Under the pieces are notes generated by a model. It saw only the letters and a list, made by a program, of their open reading frames with translations. It had not been told where the DNA came from and did not search any database. The translations under genes were made by a program, and so were the position numbers. From Minisyncoccota bacterium (GTDB taxonomy: Bacteria; Patescibacteriota; Minisyncoccia; JAHIHE01; JAGLIN01), in the NCBI GenBank assembly GCA_028690055.1, contig JAQVBZ010000004.1:1855-65854 (forward strand): a stretch of 64,000 nt of DNA, read 5' to 3'. Positions 39,584 through 49,099 of this stretch are shown piece after piece. Position 1 is the first letter of the stretch, and each line of letters opens with the position of its first letter.

Positions 39584-39730
39584 GGCGGGAGAGTATCACG
39601 AAAAAAAGAAGGTTAACGAAAAAAGAAAGCTAACGAAAAGCCAAAAAATCAATCATCTTCCTTCAGGCGAGAGAGAAGGGGGGCAGTATAATCTTCTGGA
39701 GTTATTTTAATTTAATAGATTTCATAGAAA

Positions 39731-40651
39731 ATGAATCTATATTTCTTTATCTTTGAGTTCGGAGCCATCTTTGCTTTCTTGGCTGTTCTTTTTCATGAGA
39801 GGAAAAATGCGAAGATGATCGAGGTGCTGACGCTGGCTTTCGTCTACGGTATCCTTTTGGAGGCGCTTAATATCCATATGTCACAGGGGATATATGTTTA
39901 CAATCCCGTCTTTATCTTGCAAATATTCGATATCCCTTTGGCCATCGGAGCGGGTTGGGCTATCATCTATTATCTTGCCCAAGGCACGGCGAAAAGATTT
40001 AATCTTTCTTGGTGGCAATCGTCTTTTTTGATGATGCTTATCGCGCTTTCTTATGACTTGGCGATGGACGCCATCGCTATCCGCTTGGGTTTTTGGAGTT
40101 GGAAAATTCCCCTTGACCAGGAATGGTTCGGCGTGCCTTATGATAATTTTTTTGGCTGGCTCGCAGTCGTCTGGACTTTCGCGCTTTTTATAAATCTGAG
40201 TTTTCAGGATTTTGTAAAAGAAAAATATCGCAAAATCGTCCGCTATCTCGCACCCGCCTTTGCCGCGCTTCTTTTGGGAATGGAAATAATGGTCTATATA
40301 AATCTCTCTGCTGTTTTGTCGGGCAAGTTTACTTGGGGCGAGGCGTTGGCACTCTATAACGGTCACGAATATGATTACGCTTATATCCCCGAAGTGCAAA
40401 AAGCGAAAGGCGGACTACTACTTTTTATAGTCTTATCTCTTTCTGTGCTATGTTTCTTCTGGATAAAAAAGGCGAAAGCGGTCTCGGCTCCGAAAGATAG
40501 TTTCGCGATTTATACCTCGCTGGCAATACACTCTATGTTTTTCTTTTTTCTTATTACTTCCGGAATCTATGAAGGTCATCCTATATTTATCATTATCTCT
40601 TTACTTACTTGCGCCTTCGTTCTACTTTTGGAGTCTAAGTCAAAAAGATAA
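39731..40651 (+). CDS. polytopic integral membrane protein (306 aa), family uncertain
   Basis: ~8 predicted TM segments; W/F-rich. Confidence 0.55.
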   Translation: MNLYFFIFEFGAIFAFLAVLFHERKNAKMIEVLTLAFVYGILLEALNIHMSQGIYVYNPVFILQIFDIPLAIGAGWAIIYYLAQGTAKRFNLSWWQSSFLMMLIALSYDLAMDAIAIRLGFWSWKIPLDQEWFGVPYDNFFGWLAVVWTFALFINLSFQDFVKEKYRKIVRYLAPAFAALLLGMEIMVYINLSAVLSGKFTWGEALALYNGHEYDYAYIPEVQKAKGGLLLFIVLSLSVLCFFWIKKAKAVSAPKDSFAIYTSLAIHSMFFFFLITSGIYEGHPIFIIISLLTCAFVLLLESKSKR

Positions 40652-40715
40652 TGTGGGCGGTTGACTTCGTGGTTCTTATAAGATAAGATTTGAAAAAAGA
40701 GGGGGGGATGATACG

Positions 40716-40889
40716 ATGGGAGTAGGACAAATACTCGAATTTGCTGCGATGGGCGAGATACCAACCGCTGTCTCTTACCTACGTAAGTTGCTCGGACCCG
40801 GTGAAGTTACAGACAAAATCAAGGAACTGATTGAAATCGGCGATATTGAAGATGCAAGAAGTCTCTTGATCCAGGGTAGGCAATCTTAA
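40716..40889 (+). CDS. unlisted small ORF (57 aa) with strong RBS
   Basis: GAGGGGGGG 8 nt upstream of ATG 40716; followed by hairpin + T8 (40942-40975). Confidence 0.35.
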   Translation: MGVGQILEFAAMGEIPTAVSYLRKLLGPGEVTDKIKELIEIGDIEDARSLLIQGRQS

Positions 40890-40941
40890 AAAGTTCTCTG
40901 ACCTATGCGGTCCATTCGTGGAAGGTCGTGACAGAAATTCA

Positions 40942-40975
40942 GGAGACAGCAAGAAGCTGTTCTCTATTTTTTTTC
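40942..40975 (+). terminator. Rho-independent terminator-like hairpin + T8
   Basis: gagacagc-aagaa-gctgttctc + tattttttttt. Confidence 0.5.
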
Positions 40976-41004
40976 ACAAAAAACCAAATCGCTCGATTAA
41001 AGTT

Positions 41005-41034
41005 GTTGACATATCTTTCTTTTTTGCCTATTCT
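41005..41034 (+). promoter_or_regulatory. sigma70-like promoter
   Basis: TTGACA-17 nt-TATTCT. Confidence 0.45.
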
Positions 41035-41626
41035 ATCGCTAGGGTTTTGTGCCTCGAAATAAAATGAAAAAAATAGAAGGGTGATAAGAAAATGAGACCA
41101 TTAAGAATGTATCCGACCTGTGGTGTTTTTTTTAATCCCGTGGAAATACTGGGTATCCCTCGAGATCTCAGGTCTATGGGGCTGAGAAAAGCAATACTAG
41201 TTTTTTGTGATAAGAGAACGGAGTGCCAAAAAGGACTTTTCCCGGCGGAGAAGATGTATCATGTGTGCAGAGAACTTGTTCTTCTGATAAAGGAAGAATT
41301 TCCCCAGAGCACGGATCCGTTACGTTTAATGAGGTTCCCGATGCCTTTATTGCGATGCGAGAGAGAAGAACTCTCTTGTTGAAATTGGCATTAAAAACGG
41401 ACAAGAAGGTGTAATATGCGCGAAAGCATAAGACGCCTTTTATTTTTGTCTAAATAAAGAGAAGAAAAATTCTTCAGACATTGGTAATATGGTTATGGAT
41501 ATAATTTTTAAAGGCCGAACGCACACATGCTAAAGCATGCAAAAGTTCTTTTTTTAGTTTTTCCGACCATTGACACGCGGAATAAGCGAATATATAATTA
41601 TATTCGTGCTCAATTTTAAAAAATCT

Positions 41627-42955
41627 ATGAAAACAATGATTAAGAGAATTTTGCTGTCTTCTTCCCTGATTCTTGCCGCCGCGACAATGCCCGTCAGTCT
41701 TTATGCCAGCGGGTCTGAAGCCGGCTTGCAAGAAGCGACGTCTGTTTCTGAAATACTGCTCGCGCTGATCCTTATCCTTTTTGCGGCCAAAATCGGAGGG
41801 GAACTTTTTGAGAAGATGAAACAACCCGCGGTCTTAGGCGAGCTCATATTCGGTATACTTATCGGAAATATCGCCCTTCTGTCTGGAGATGTTTTTTCTT
41901 TCGGAAATCTTTTTAGCAATGAAATCATAAGCACCTTGGCAGAGCTGGGGGTTATGATATTGCTCTTTCAAGTCGGACTTGAATCCAATATCAAAGACAT
42001 GATGAAGGTCGGGATATCATCAGTCTTGGTAGCTGTTATCGGCGTCGCCGTTCCTATGGTTTTGGGATATTTCGTTAGCAGTTGGATTTTGCCTGGGGCC
42101 GGATTCAATACTTGGTTGTTTATCGGTGCGACTCTGACTGCGACTTCTGTCGGAATCACTGCCCGTGTTTTAAAGGACTTAGGTAAACTGTCGATTCCCG
42201 AAGCGAAAATTATTCTGGGAGCCGCCGTTGTTGATGATGTTCTCGGTCTTATAATCCTTTCTATCGTCAGCGGTATCATCGTCTCCGGATCTATAAGCGT
42301 GGGGTCGATCGCCTACACCAGTTTCATCTCTTTGGCGTTTTTGGCAGGCTCTATCATTATCGGCCTCTGGACTGCGCCAAAAATAGGAGCCTGGGTTTCC
42401 AAGATGCATGTCGAGGGAATGAAGATCGTGACCGCATTTCTTTTTATGTTCATAATGTCGTATCTGGCAATCGAGGCCGGATTGGCGGCAATCGTCGGCG
42501 CCTTTGCTGCCGGACTCGTTTTGGACGATGTAATCTTTGTAAATAAAAAAGAGCATCCGATCGATGTTTTAGTGAAACCTCTTTATTGCATTTTTGTTCC
42601 TATCTTTTTTGTGTTGATGGGAATCCAGGTCGATTTATCAGTGTTTTTCGATATGCAGGTCATTATGATTGCCTTGGGAATTACAGTCGCTTCTATTATC
42701 GGCAAGCAGGCCTGTTCTGTCGGAGTCAAATGTCCCGAAGCGAGCAAGCTGATCGTCGGTATCGGAATGATTTCTCGCGGTGAAGTCGGACTTATCTTCG
42801 CCAGTGTCGGCAAGGGGTTGGGTGTCATTGATGATTCGGTTTTCGGTGCCATCGTTATTATGGTCATTTTGACTACATTGGTTACCCCGCCGCTCTTGAA
42901 ATGGAGCATACAGAGGAAAGATCTTATGTTCGACAATGTGAAGACTGATGATTGA
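41627..42955 (+). CDS. Monovalent cation:proton antiporter, CPA2 (Kef/NapA-type) family
   Basis: 12-13 TM helices, conserved GGELFEK…PAVLGELIFGILIG and LLFQVGLE motifs; probable signal-like N-terminus starting MKTMIKR. Confidence 0.8.
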   Translation: MKTMIKRILLSSSLILAAATMPVSLYASGSEAGLQEATSVSEILLALILILFAAKIGGELFEKMKQPAVLGELIFGILIGNIALLSGDVFSFGNLFSNEIISTLAELGVMILLFQVGLESNIKDMMKVGISSVLVAVIGVAVPMVLGYFVSSWILPGAGFNTWLFIGATLTATSVGITARVLKDLGKLSIPEAKIILGAAVVDDVLGLIILSIVSGIIVSGSISVGSIAYTSFISLAFLAGSIIIGLWTAPKIGAWVSKMHVEGMKIVTAFLFMFIMSYLAIEAGLAAIVGAFAAGLVLDDVIFVNKKEHPIDVLVKPLYCIFVPIFFVLMGIQVDLSVFFDMQVIMIALGITVASIIGKQACSVGVKCPEASKLIVGIGMISRGEVGLIFASVGKGLGVIDDSVFGAIVIMVILTTLVTPPLLKWSIQRKDLMFDNVKTDD

Positions 42956-43057
42956 TATTTGAAATATCTGACAAGCAGAGAAGTCATCGCTTCCCTGTTT
43001 TTTTATTTTCTACAAAAAAGTGATATAATGAAAATATCGAAAAAATAATCTATATCT

Positions 43058-44254
43058 ATGATCAAAAAAATCGTGAAAAAACTTAACAAGAAGAAGTATG
43101 AAGCGCTTACCGGGGGAGAGGCTACGGCGTCAGCGATGAGACAAATCAATCCTGACGTGGCGGCAATATATCCCATTACCCCGCAGACTCCTATTATCGA
43201 AGCCTTTGCCAAATTTGTGGCGGACGGAGAAGTGGACACTACGCTTATCAATGTTGAATCCGAACACAGCGCGCTTTCGGCGGTGGTCGGTGCGGCGGCG
43301 GCTGGAGGACGGGCGATGACCGCGACCTCTTCGCAGGGGTTGGCACTGATGGCGGAGGTCGTTTATATTACTTCCGGCTCGAGATTGCCCGTCGTGATGG
43401 CGATTTCCAACCGTGCTCTTTCCGCTCCGATCAATATCCATTGTGACCACACTGACTCTATGCTTTTGCGGGACTCGGGATGGATCCAAATCTATTCTGA
43501 AAGCGCGCAGGAGGCCTACGACAATACCTTGATTGCGCTTAAGGTGGCAGAGAACGCGAAAGTGCAATTGCCGGCGATGGTGATGCAGGACGGTTTCATT
43601 ACTTCGCACAATGTCGAGAATGTCTTGCTGATTGATGACAAGAAGGCAAAGGCTTACATCGGCAAATACGAGATGGAATATCCGCTTCTTAATTTCCAAA
43701 AGCCGGTAACTGTCGGTCCGGTCGATCTCTTCGACTATTTCTTCGAGCACAAATTCCAGCAGGCAGAAGCGATGGATGAGGCAAAGAAAGCCTTCAAGCT
43801 GGCGGACCAGGAATTCTATAAAATGACTGGAAGGAAATATGACCTTATTGAAGAATACAAGACTCGCGATGCCGATTTCGTGGTCGTGGCACTCTCTTCC
43901 ACCTGCGGTACGGCCAAGATGGCGGTTGATAAATTGCGCAGGGAAGGTAAGAAAGTCGGACTCCTTAAAATCAGGGTGCTGCGCCCGTTTCCGGACAAAG
44001 AAATCGCCCGCGCGCTGGAAGGCAAGAAAGCTGTGGCAGTTCTCGACCGATCCATCTCCTTCGGCTCTTATAGCCCGGTCTGCTCCGAAGTCCGCTCTGC
44101 GCTTTACTATTCGAAGAAACGTCCAAAATTACAGAATTGCATCTACGGCCTGGGCGGTAGAAACATCGGACTCGGGGATATTGAAAAAGTTTTCAGGGAA
44201 TTGATAGCCGGGAAAGTCAATGACGGAATCAAATATATCGGGCTTAGGAAATAG
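43058..44254 (+). CDS. 2-oxoacid:ferredoxin oxidoreductase alpha subunit (PorA/KorA-like), no adjacent beta subunit
   Basis: 398 aa; POR N-terminal domain I (…AAIYPITPQTPIIE…) and domain II/transketolase-C-like. Confidence 0.75.
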   Translation: MIKKIVKKLNKKKYEALTGGEATASAMRQINPDVAAIYPITPQTPIIEAFAKFVADGEVDTTLINVESEHSALSAVVGAAAAGGRAMTATSSQGLALMAEVVYITSGSRLPVVMAISNRALSAPINIHCDHTDSMLLRDSGWIQIYSESAQEAYDNTLIALKVAENAKVQLPAMVMQDGFITSHNVENVLLIDDKKAKAYIGKYEMEYPLLNFQKPVTVGPVDLFDYFFEHKFQQAEAMDEAKKAFKLADQEFYKMTGRKYDLIEEYKTRDADFVVVALSSTCGTAKMAVDKLRREGKKVGLLKIRVLRPFPDKEIARALEGKKAVAVLDRSISFGSYSPVCSEVRSALYYSKKRPKLQNCIYGLGGRNIGLGDIEKVFRELIAGKVNDGIKYIGLRK

Positions 44255-44387
44255 TCCATATATCAAAAAACAGCATAGTGATATGTTGTTTTTTGGGCTT
44301 GTTATTCTGCTATCGGTCTAATCGCTTTTCCAAATTCACAAATGATTTGCGAGCTTAGAAAAATGAAATAGGAAGAAGATGAAAGAA

Positions 44388-44693
44388 TTATTCTCTCATC
44401 TTCTCTAACGTCTTTAATGCAATTATCCATAATACCACGGATAAAAACAAGAATATGCCAGAGGCTGTCTGTCCTGTGAATAGAACGTTACTCGTGATAG
44501 TTACCTCTTGATGGGGGTCAATATTTGCTCTTATTGCATGTACGAATATCGCGCTGCAACTGAAAAATATTACTTCCGCTAATTTTTTTAAATTGTAGTT
44601 GTAATCGTTATTGTCGTTGTTATTGTTATCGTCCAATATTGTAACCTCGTTTTTCGTACTGTATAAATATACACTAAATATAAGAAATATCAA
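44388..44693 (-). CDS. hypothetical small membrane protein
   Basis: ORF with two hydrophobic segments and an Asn/Asp-rich linker; weak. Confidence 0.3.
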   Translation of the reverse strand: MIFLIFSVYLYSTKNEVTILDDNNNNDNNDYNYNLKKLAEVIFFSCSAIFVHAIRANIDPHQEVTITSNVLFTGQTASGIFLFLSVVLWIIALKTLEKMRE

Positions 44694-44909
44694 TGGCAGA
44701 AGGTAATGTATATATGTTTGTCTTGATAAAGATATCTGAAATCTGGTTTATTAAGTATTTGATGCTGAGTCTTGAAATACGGATATCTTTTGATTCGTAA
44801 ATATTGTGATTGCCATGTCGGAAAGTGCATGAGATGTTGAGCCCTTACGGCCCGCAATGGTAGAAAGAAACATTCTCTTCATATATACGGTTGCCCGATT
44901 TCTCTTATT

Positions 44910-45635
44910 ATGCTAAATTATAAAAAGTTAATAAACTCTCATTCTGATATGAAAAAAGGAAATACTTACATTCTGTCTCTCGGAGGATCGTTGATCGTTC
45001 CGGATGAGGTCGATTACAAGTTTTTGAAGGGCTTTGTGGAATTGATTACGAAGAGAACCGAGCAGGGCGATAAATTTGTAATCGTCTGTGGCGGGGGAGG
45101 AGTCAACCGCAAATACAATCAGGCGGCGCAGAAGGTGCGTCCGATGTCCAATACTGAATTGGACTGGCTGGGCATTCATGCCACGCGTTATAATGCGCAG
45201 CTGGTGCGGCTACTATTCGGTAAGATCGCTTACGAAGAAGTGGTCGTTAATCCTTACGAGAAGGCCGTGACTCGAAAGCCGGTTATAATTGGCGCTGGAT
45301 ACGAGCCGGGGTGGTCGAGTGACTACGACGCGGTCTATCTGGCGGACACATACAAAATCAAGAATATCGCCAACCTCTCCAATATCGATTATGCCTATGA
45401 CAAAGATCCTCGCAAATTCAAGGATGCTCAGAAAATCAAAGATATTAGCTGGAAAGATTTTCGCAAAATCGTCGGCGACAAATGGGAACCGCGTATGAGC
45501 AAGCCTTTCGACCCCATCGCCAGTCGTGAAGCGGAGAAATTGGGATTGCAAGTCGTGATTATGAACGGCAAGAAGCTGAAGAATTTGGAAAAATATTTGA
45601 ATGGAGAGAAATTTCAGGGGACGGTGATAAAATAA
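44910..45635 (+). CDS. pyrH: Amino-acid-kinase-family protein, probable UMP kinase (archaeal-type PyrH)
   Basis: ILSLGGSLI… and VIVCGGGG glycine-rich loops of the AAK fold; ~230 aa. Confidence 0.6.
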   Translation: MLNYKKLINSHSDMKKGNTYILSLGGSLIVPDEVDYKFLKGFVELITKRTEQGDKFVIVCGGGGVNRKYNQAAQKVRPMSNTELDWLGIHATRYNAQLVRLLFGKIAYEEVVVNPYEKAVTRKPVIIGAGYEPGWSSDYDAVYLADTYKIKNIANLSNIDYAYDKDPRKFKDAQKIKDISWKDFRKIVGDKWEPRMSKPFDPIASREAEKLGLQVVIMNGKKLKNLEKYLNGEKFQGTVIK

Positions 45636-45687
45636 TGTTTAAATAGAATAAGACGGCCTCGTGTCGTCTTTTTTTTGGTATGATAAA

Positions 45688-45861
45688 TGGAGTAGCGGGA
45701 TTTATCCCGCGCGGTTGTCCCAAGCCACTAAACCCTTCGCAATCGCACTTCCTATTCACATAAGATAGCAGCGCAGGTTAAAACCTGCTACTCCATCGTG
45801 TTTTTAGCAATTGTACGTTCTATTCGCGTAGGACAACTGCGCAGACTAAAGTCTGCTACTC
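45688..45861. mobile_element. MITE-like element, family B with duplicated right end
   Basis: ggagtagcgggatttatcccgcgcggttgtccc … gatagcagcgcaggttaaaacctgctactcc … gcgcagactaaagtctgctactcc. Confidence 0.6.
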
Positions 45862-46222
45862 CAAATTCTTATCGCTTGACAGCCCTTGGTATTTTTTATT
45901 TTTATGCTATCATAAAACAAAAAGCGAGGATTTACTATGGATTGTGCATCGGAGATACTCTCATTTAAAATTCTATTAGGTTACATAGGGTGGAAAGGAT
46001 GTTTGCTAATATTATGGGTTTGTTTTATTTTCGAGGTACTGGTGGTATATTTGCCGCGGTATATAGATAGAAAAAAGAAACCCAATGATCTTAAGTAAAT
46101 TTTTATTGTTTACGAATCATAGGATTACATCACAAAATAAGATTAAGGTTAAAAGATTGAACTGGCTTGCTTATTACTTATCAGCTTTTTTAATCTTTAT
46201 TTTTTTGTGCTAAGATAAGACT

Positions 46223-46876
46223 ATGGAAGAAATCAAACTGGACTCTCGGAGTCCGCAAACAATCGAATTTTCTCTAGAAAAATCACGACAGGCCTTGGTG
46301 GGTGGAGGTGTGATTGCTTTTCCTACGGATACGATTTATGGTTTGGGGGCGAATGCCTTTGACGAAGAGGCGATTTTGAAGGTTTACAGGATAAAAGAGC
46401 GGAATATTAATAAGCCTCTCTCAATTCTGGTCCGGGATATTTCGATGGCCAAAAAGGTGGCTTGCATAGACTCTCGGGCGGAGAAGATTCTGGAGAAGCT
46501 TTGGCCGGATTCTGTCACTGTTATTTTGCGTAAAAAAGATATTTTGCCGTATGCGCTTACCGGGGGCGAAGAAAATGTAGCTATGCGGATTTCCGGCAAT
46601 CTTTTTGTCAAAAGTTTATTCTCTCAAATCGATTTTCCCATCACAGCCACCAGCGCCAATATTGCAGGAGAACCCGATCTGCTCACGGCCGACGCAATCA
46701 AAGAAAAATTTTCCTGCAGAGAGAATTCTCCCGACCTTTTTATAAATAGCGGTGATCTCGATAATCATCTGCCTTCGACTATCATAGACCTTACGGACGT
46801 CAATAATCCTCGCTTGGTTCGGATGGGGATGGTGAGCAAGGACAAGCTGAGCGCCTTTTTTAAGAAATTCGAGTAA
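46223..46876 (+). CDS. tsaC: L-threonylcarbamoyladenylate synthase (TsaC/YrdC family)
   Basis: …GGVIAFPTDTIYGLGANA… and …TATSANIAGEP…. Confidence 0.88.
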   Translation: MEEIKLDSRSPQTIEFSLEKSRQALVGGGVIAFPTDTIYGLGANAFDEEAILKVYRIKERNINKPLSILVRDISMAKKVACIDSRAEKILEKLWPDSVTVILRKKDILPYALTGGEENVAMRISGNLFVKSLFSQIDFPITATSANIAGEPDLLTADAIKEKFSCRENSPDLFINSGDLDNHLPSTIIDLTDVNNPRLVRMGMVSKDKLSAFFKKFE

Positions 46877-46977
46877 TAGGGCTGCGTTTAATGATTAAAT
46901 ACAATTTGTTTGCCATTCCTGTACAAGTTTAATAATTCACTAATTGAATTGTAATTGAAACAAATACACTCGTAATT

Positions 46978-47141
46978 TGTCACCCCGAAAGGCGTAATCG
47001 CATGAGGGGTCCGGGAAATATATAAACGATTGTGAATGTTATTTATAAAGATAACTTTATTATCAAGTATGGTACCTTTCCCGGATTCCGGGGTAGCAGA
47101 GGGTACAAAATATTGTGCCCCTACAATTCGGAACGACAAAA
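46978..47141. mobile_element. Composite MITE-like element (family A termini + GGGTACAAAATATTGTGCCC palindrome); second copy of the ~280-bp block
   Basis: ~85% identity to 27940-28240 extending beyond the TIRs on both sides. Confidence 0.65.
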
Positions 47142-47303
47142 TATATTTGTTTTTTAAAGTACGGAAGTATCTATCCTGTTAAAACTGTCAGTGGATTATT
47201 AAACTTGTACGGGGATGGCAGAAACAGCTTTGCTCTTAGATGACAAACAAGAGTTTACATAATATAATACAATTATCAATATTAAAATCTAAGAACAAAC
47301 ACA

Positions 47304-48128
47304 ATGGAAATCTTGCAGTCAATCGTGTTGGGAATCATTCAGGGCTTGGGAGAATTCTTGCCTATCTCTAGTTCGGGGCATTTGGTAGTTTTGCCAAAGA
47401 TATTCGGCTGGGACGATCAGGGTTTGGCTTTTGATGTGGCGCTTCATTTCGGCACGCTCTTAGCGATTCTTATCTACTTCTATGAAGACTGGAAAAGGAT
47501 TATTTCTAAGTCATATTTTTTAAAGCAGACCGGCAGAATTTTCATCGACCGTGACCGAGAATTTTTCAAAATAAATAAGCTCAAGGAAGATACGCTGGTC
47601 ATTATCGGCATAGCCACTATCCCGGGGGTTTTGGCTGGTTTATTACTTGAAGACTATGCGGCAACTATCTTTCGAAACCCTATCTTGGTAGGATTTACTC
47701 TGCTTTTTGGGGCGATGATACTTTTTTATGCGGACAAAGCCGGTAAGAAGAAGCTGGACACCAAAGACATTACTCTAAAAATCGCATTTATTATCGGACT
47801 CTTTCAGATGCTCGCCGTCGTACCGGGAATGTCCCGCAGCGGTATGACCATCTCCGCCGCGCTCTTGTTGGGACTCAATCGCACCTCCGCTGCTCGTTTT
47901 TCTTTTCTTTTGGCGACACCTATCGTATTGGGCGCGACAATCAAGGAGTATTCGACATTTATGGCAGCAGGATGGGATATCAATCTGCTCGTCGGTGTTC
48001 TTGCAGCTTTCGGCAGCGGCTATCTGGCAATCAAATATATGCTTAAATATCTTGAAAAACAGAGTTATAATATTTTTGTGATTTATCGGATAGCACTTGC
48101 ACTGGTGATATTTTTATTATTTTATTAA
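47304..48128 (+). CDS. uppP: Undecaprenyl-diphosphatase
   Basis: BacA motifs …GLGEFLPISSSGHL… and …PGMSRSGMTI…. Confidence 0.9.
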   Translation: MEILQSIVLGIIQGLGEFLPISSSGHLVVLPKIFGWDDQGLAFDVALHFGTLLAILIYFYEDWKRIISKSYFLKQTGRIFIDRDREFFKINKLKEDTLVIIGIATIPGVLAGLLLEDYAATIFRNPILVGFTLLFGAMILFYADKAGKKKLDTKDITLKIAFIIGLFQMLAVVPGMSRSGMTISAALLLGLNRTSAARFSFLLATPIVLGATIKEYSTFMAAGWDINLLVGVLAAFGSGYLAIKYMLKYLEKQSYNIFVIYRIALALVIFLLFY

Positions 48129-48141
48129 ATAAAAGCCAAAT

Positions 48142-48585
48142 ATGGAATCCTCAGGTCTAGGCGCCGATTCAATGAAGCAATCGGTTATTCTAGAAGATAA
48201 AAAGTTACCGCATAGCGATGTCTACACCAGATTGGGGTGTTCGCAGATCCATGGAGTCGGAGTTTTTGCCATCAGAGATATTCCGGCAAACATGAATATT
48301 TTCGGTGATGACCCCGACGAAGTTTTTCTAGTCGATAAGAGCGTCGTTGAAGCGCAGGACGAAGAAATCCGTAAGCTTTATTATGATTTTTGTGCCATAG
48401 AAGATGGGAGGTACTGTTGTCCGGAAAGTTTTAACCGGATGACGGTTTTTTGGTATTTCAATGAATCCAAATCTCCCAACACGAGATCTAATGGGCATGA
48501 ATTCTATGCGCTCAGGGATATCAAAAAAGGGGAAGAGCTGACTGTGGATTACTCTACTTTCAGCGAGGAGGCGGAGAATGTTTAA
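48142..48585 (+). CDS. SET-domain protein (putative lysine methyltransferase)
   Basis: GVGVFA…, NESKSPN (NHSCxPN-like), GEELTVDY (ELxxDY) motifs. Confidence 0.7.
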   Translation: MESSGLGADSMKQSVILEDKKLPHSDVYTRLGCSQIHGVGVFAIRDIPANMNIFGDDPDEVFLVDKSVVEAQDEEIRKLYYDFCAIEDGRYCCPESFNRMTVFWYFNESKSPNTRSNGHEFYALRDIKKGEELTVDYSTFSEEAENV

Positions 48586-48626
48586 GTAAATGATAAAGTA
48601 TAAAAATGGATACTAAAATGGGGTGA

Positions 48627-49034
48627 ATGGACCACCTGCCTAAAATAATCTGCCAGGCGATCCCACACAAAGAGCAGTCGTATGATACAATCGGGGATTA
48701 TAGGGAAGAAAACGGGGATTGGGTTTTCAGCGTATCTCAAATGACCACTGATTATGAATTTATGGTAATTATTCACGAGATGGTTGAATGGTATCTGACG
48801 CAAAGAAATGGCGCAAAAGATGAAGAAATCGTCGCTTTTGATAGGAAGTTTAAGGAGGAACAATCTATGGGGCAGCACCCGGACATCGACGAACCGGGAG
48901 ACTCGCCGGATTGTCCTTATAAGAAAGAGCATTTCTTTGCCGCCAATATCGAGCGAATGATTGCGGATAAACTAGGCGTTGATTGGAAAGAATACGATAG
49001 CGCGCAGTCGCCGGGGTCGGAATTTCGGGGATAA
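48627..49034 (+). CDS. hypothetical protein (135 aa)
   Basis: ORF, acidic, HEMVEWY motif; bidirectional terminator hairpin follows. Confidence 0.45.
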   Translation: MDHLPKIICQAIPHKEQSYDTIGDYREENGDWVFSVSQMTTDYEFMVIIHEMVEWYLTQRNGAKDEEIVAFDRKFKEEQSMGQHPDIDEPGDSPDCPYKKEHFFAANIERMIADKLGVDWKEYDSAQSPGSEFRG

Positions 49035-49051
49035 TCTCTGTGCAATTTTTG

Positions 49052-49096
49052 GACAAAAAAATAAAGGACTTAAAGTCCTCGTATTAAAATTTTTTC
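49052..49096. terminator. Bidirectional Rho-independent terminator
   Basis: A9-AAGGACT-taa-AGTCCTC-gtattaaaatttttt; serves plus-strand 48627-49034 and minus-strand small ORF 49100-49228. Confidence 0.6.
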
Positions 49097-49099
49097 AGG

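Noticed and set aside
41092-41382. 96-aa ORF with a plausible promoter (TTGACA-17-TATTCT) and RBS upstream of the antiporter gene
   Set aside because: The predicted protein is Cys/Arg-rich with no domain-like character. The promoter and 5' region more likely belong to a leader of the CPA2 antiporter gene. It is not listed as a CDS.
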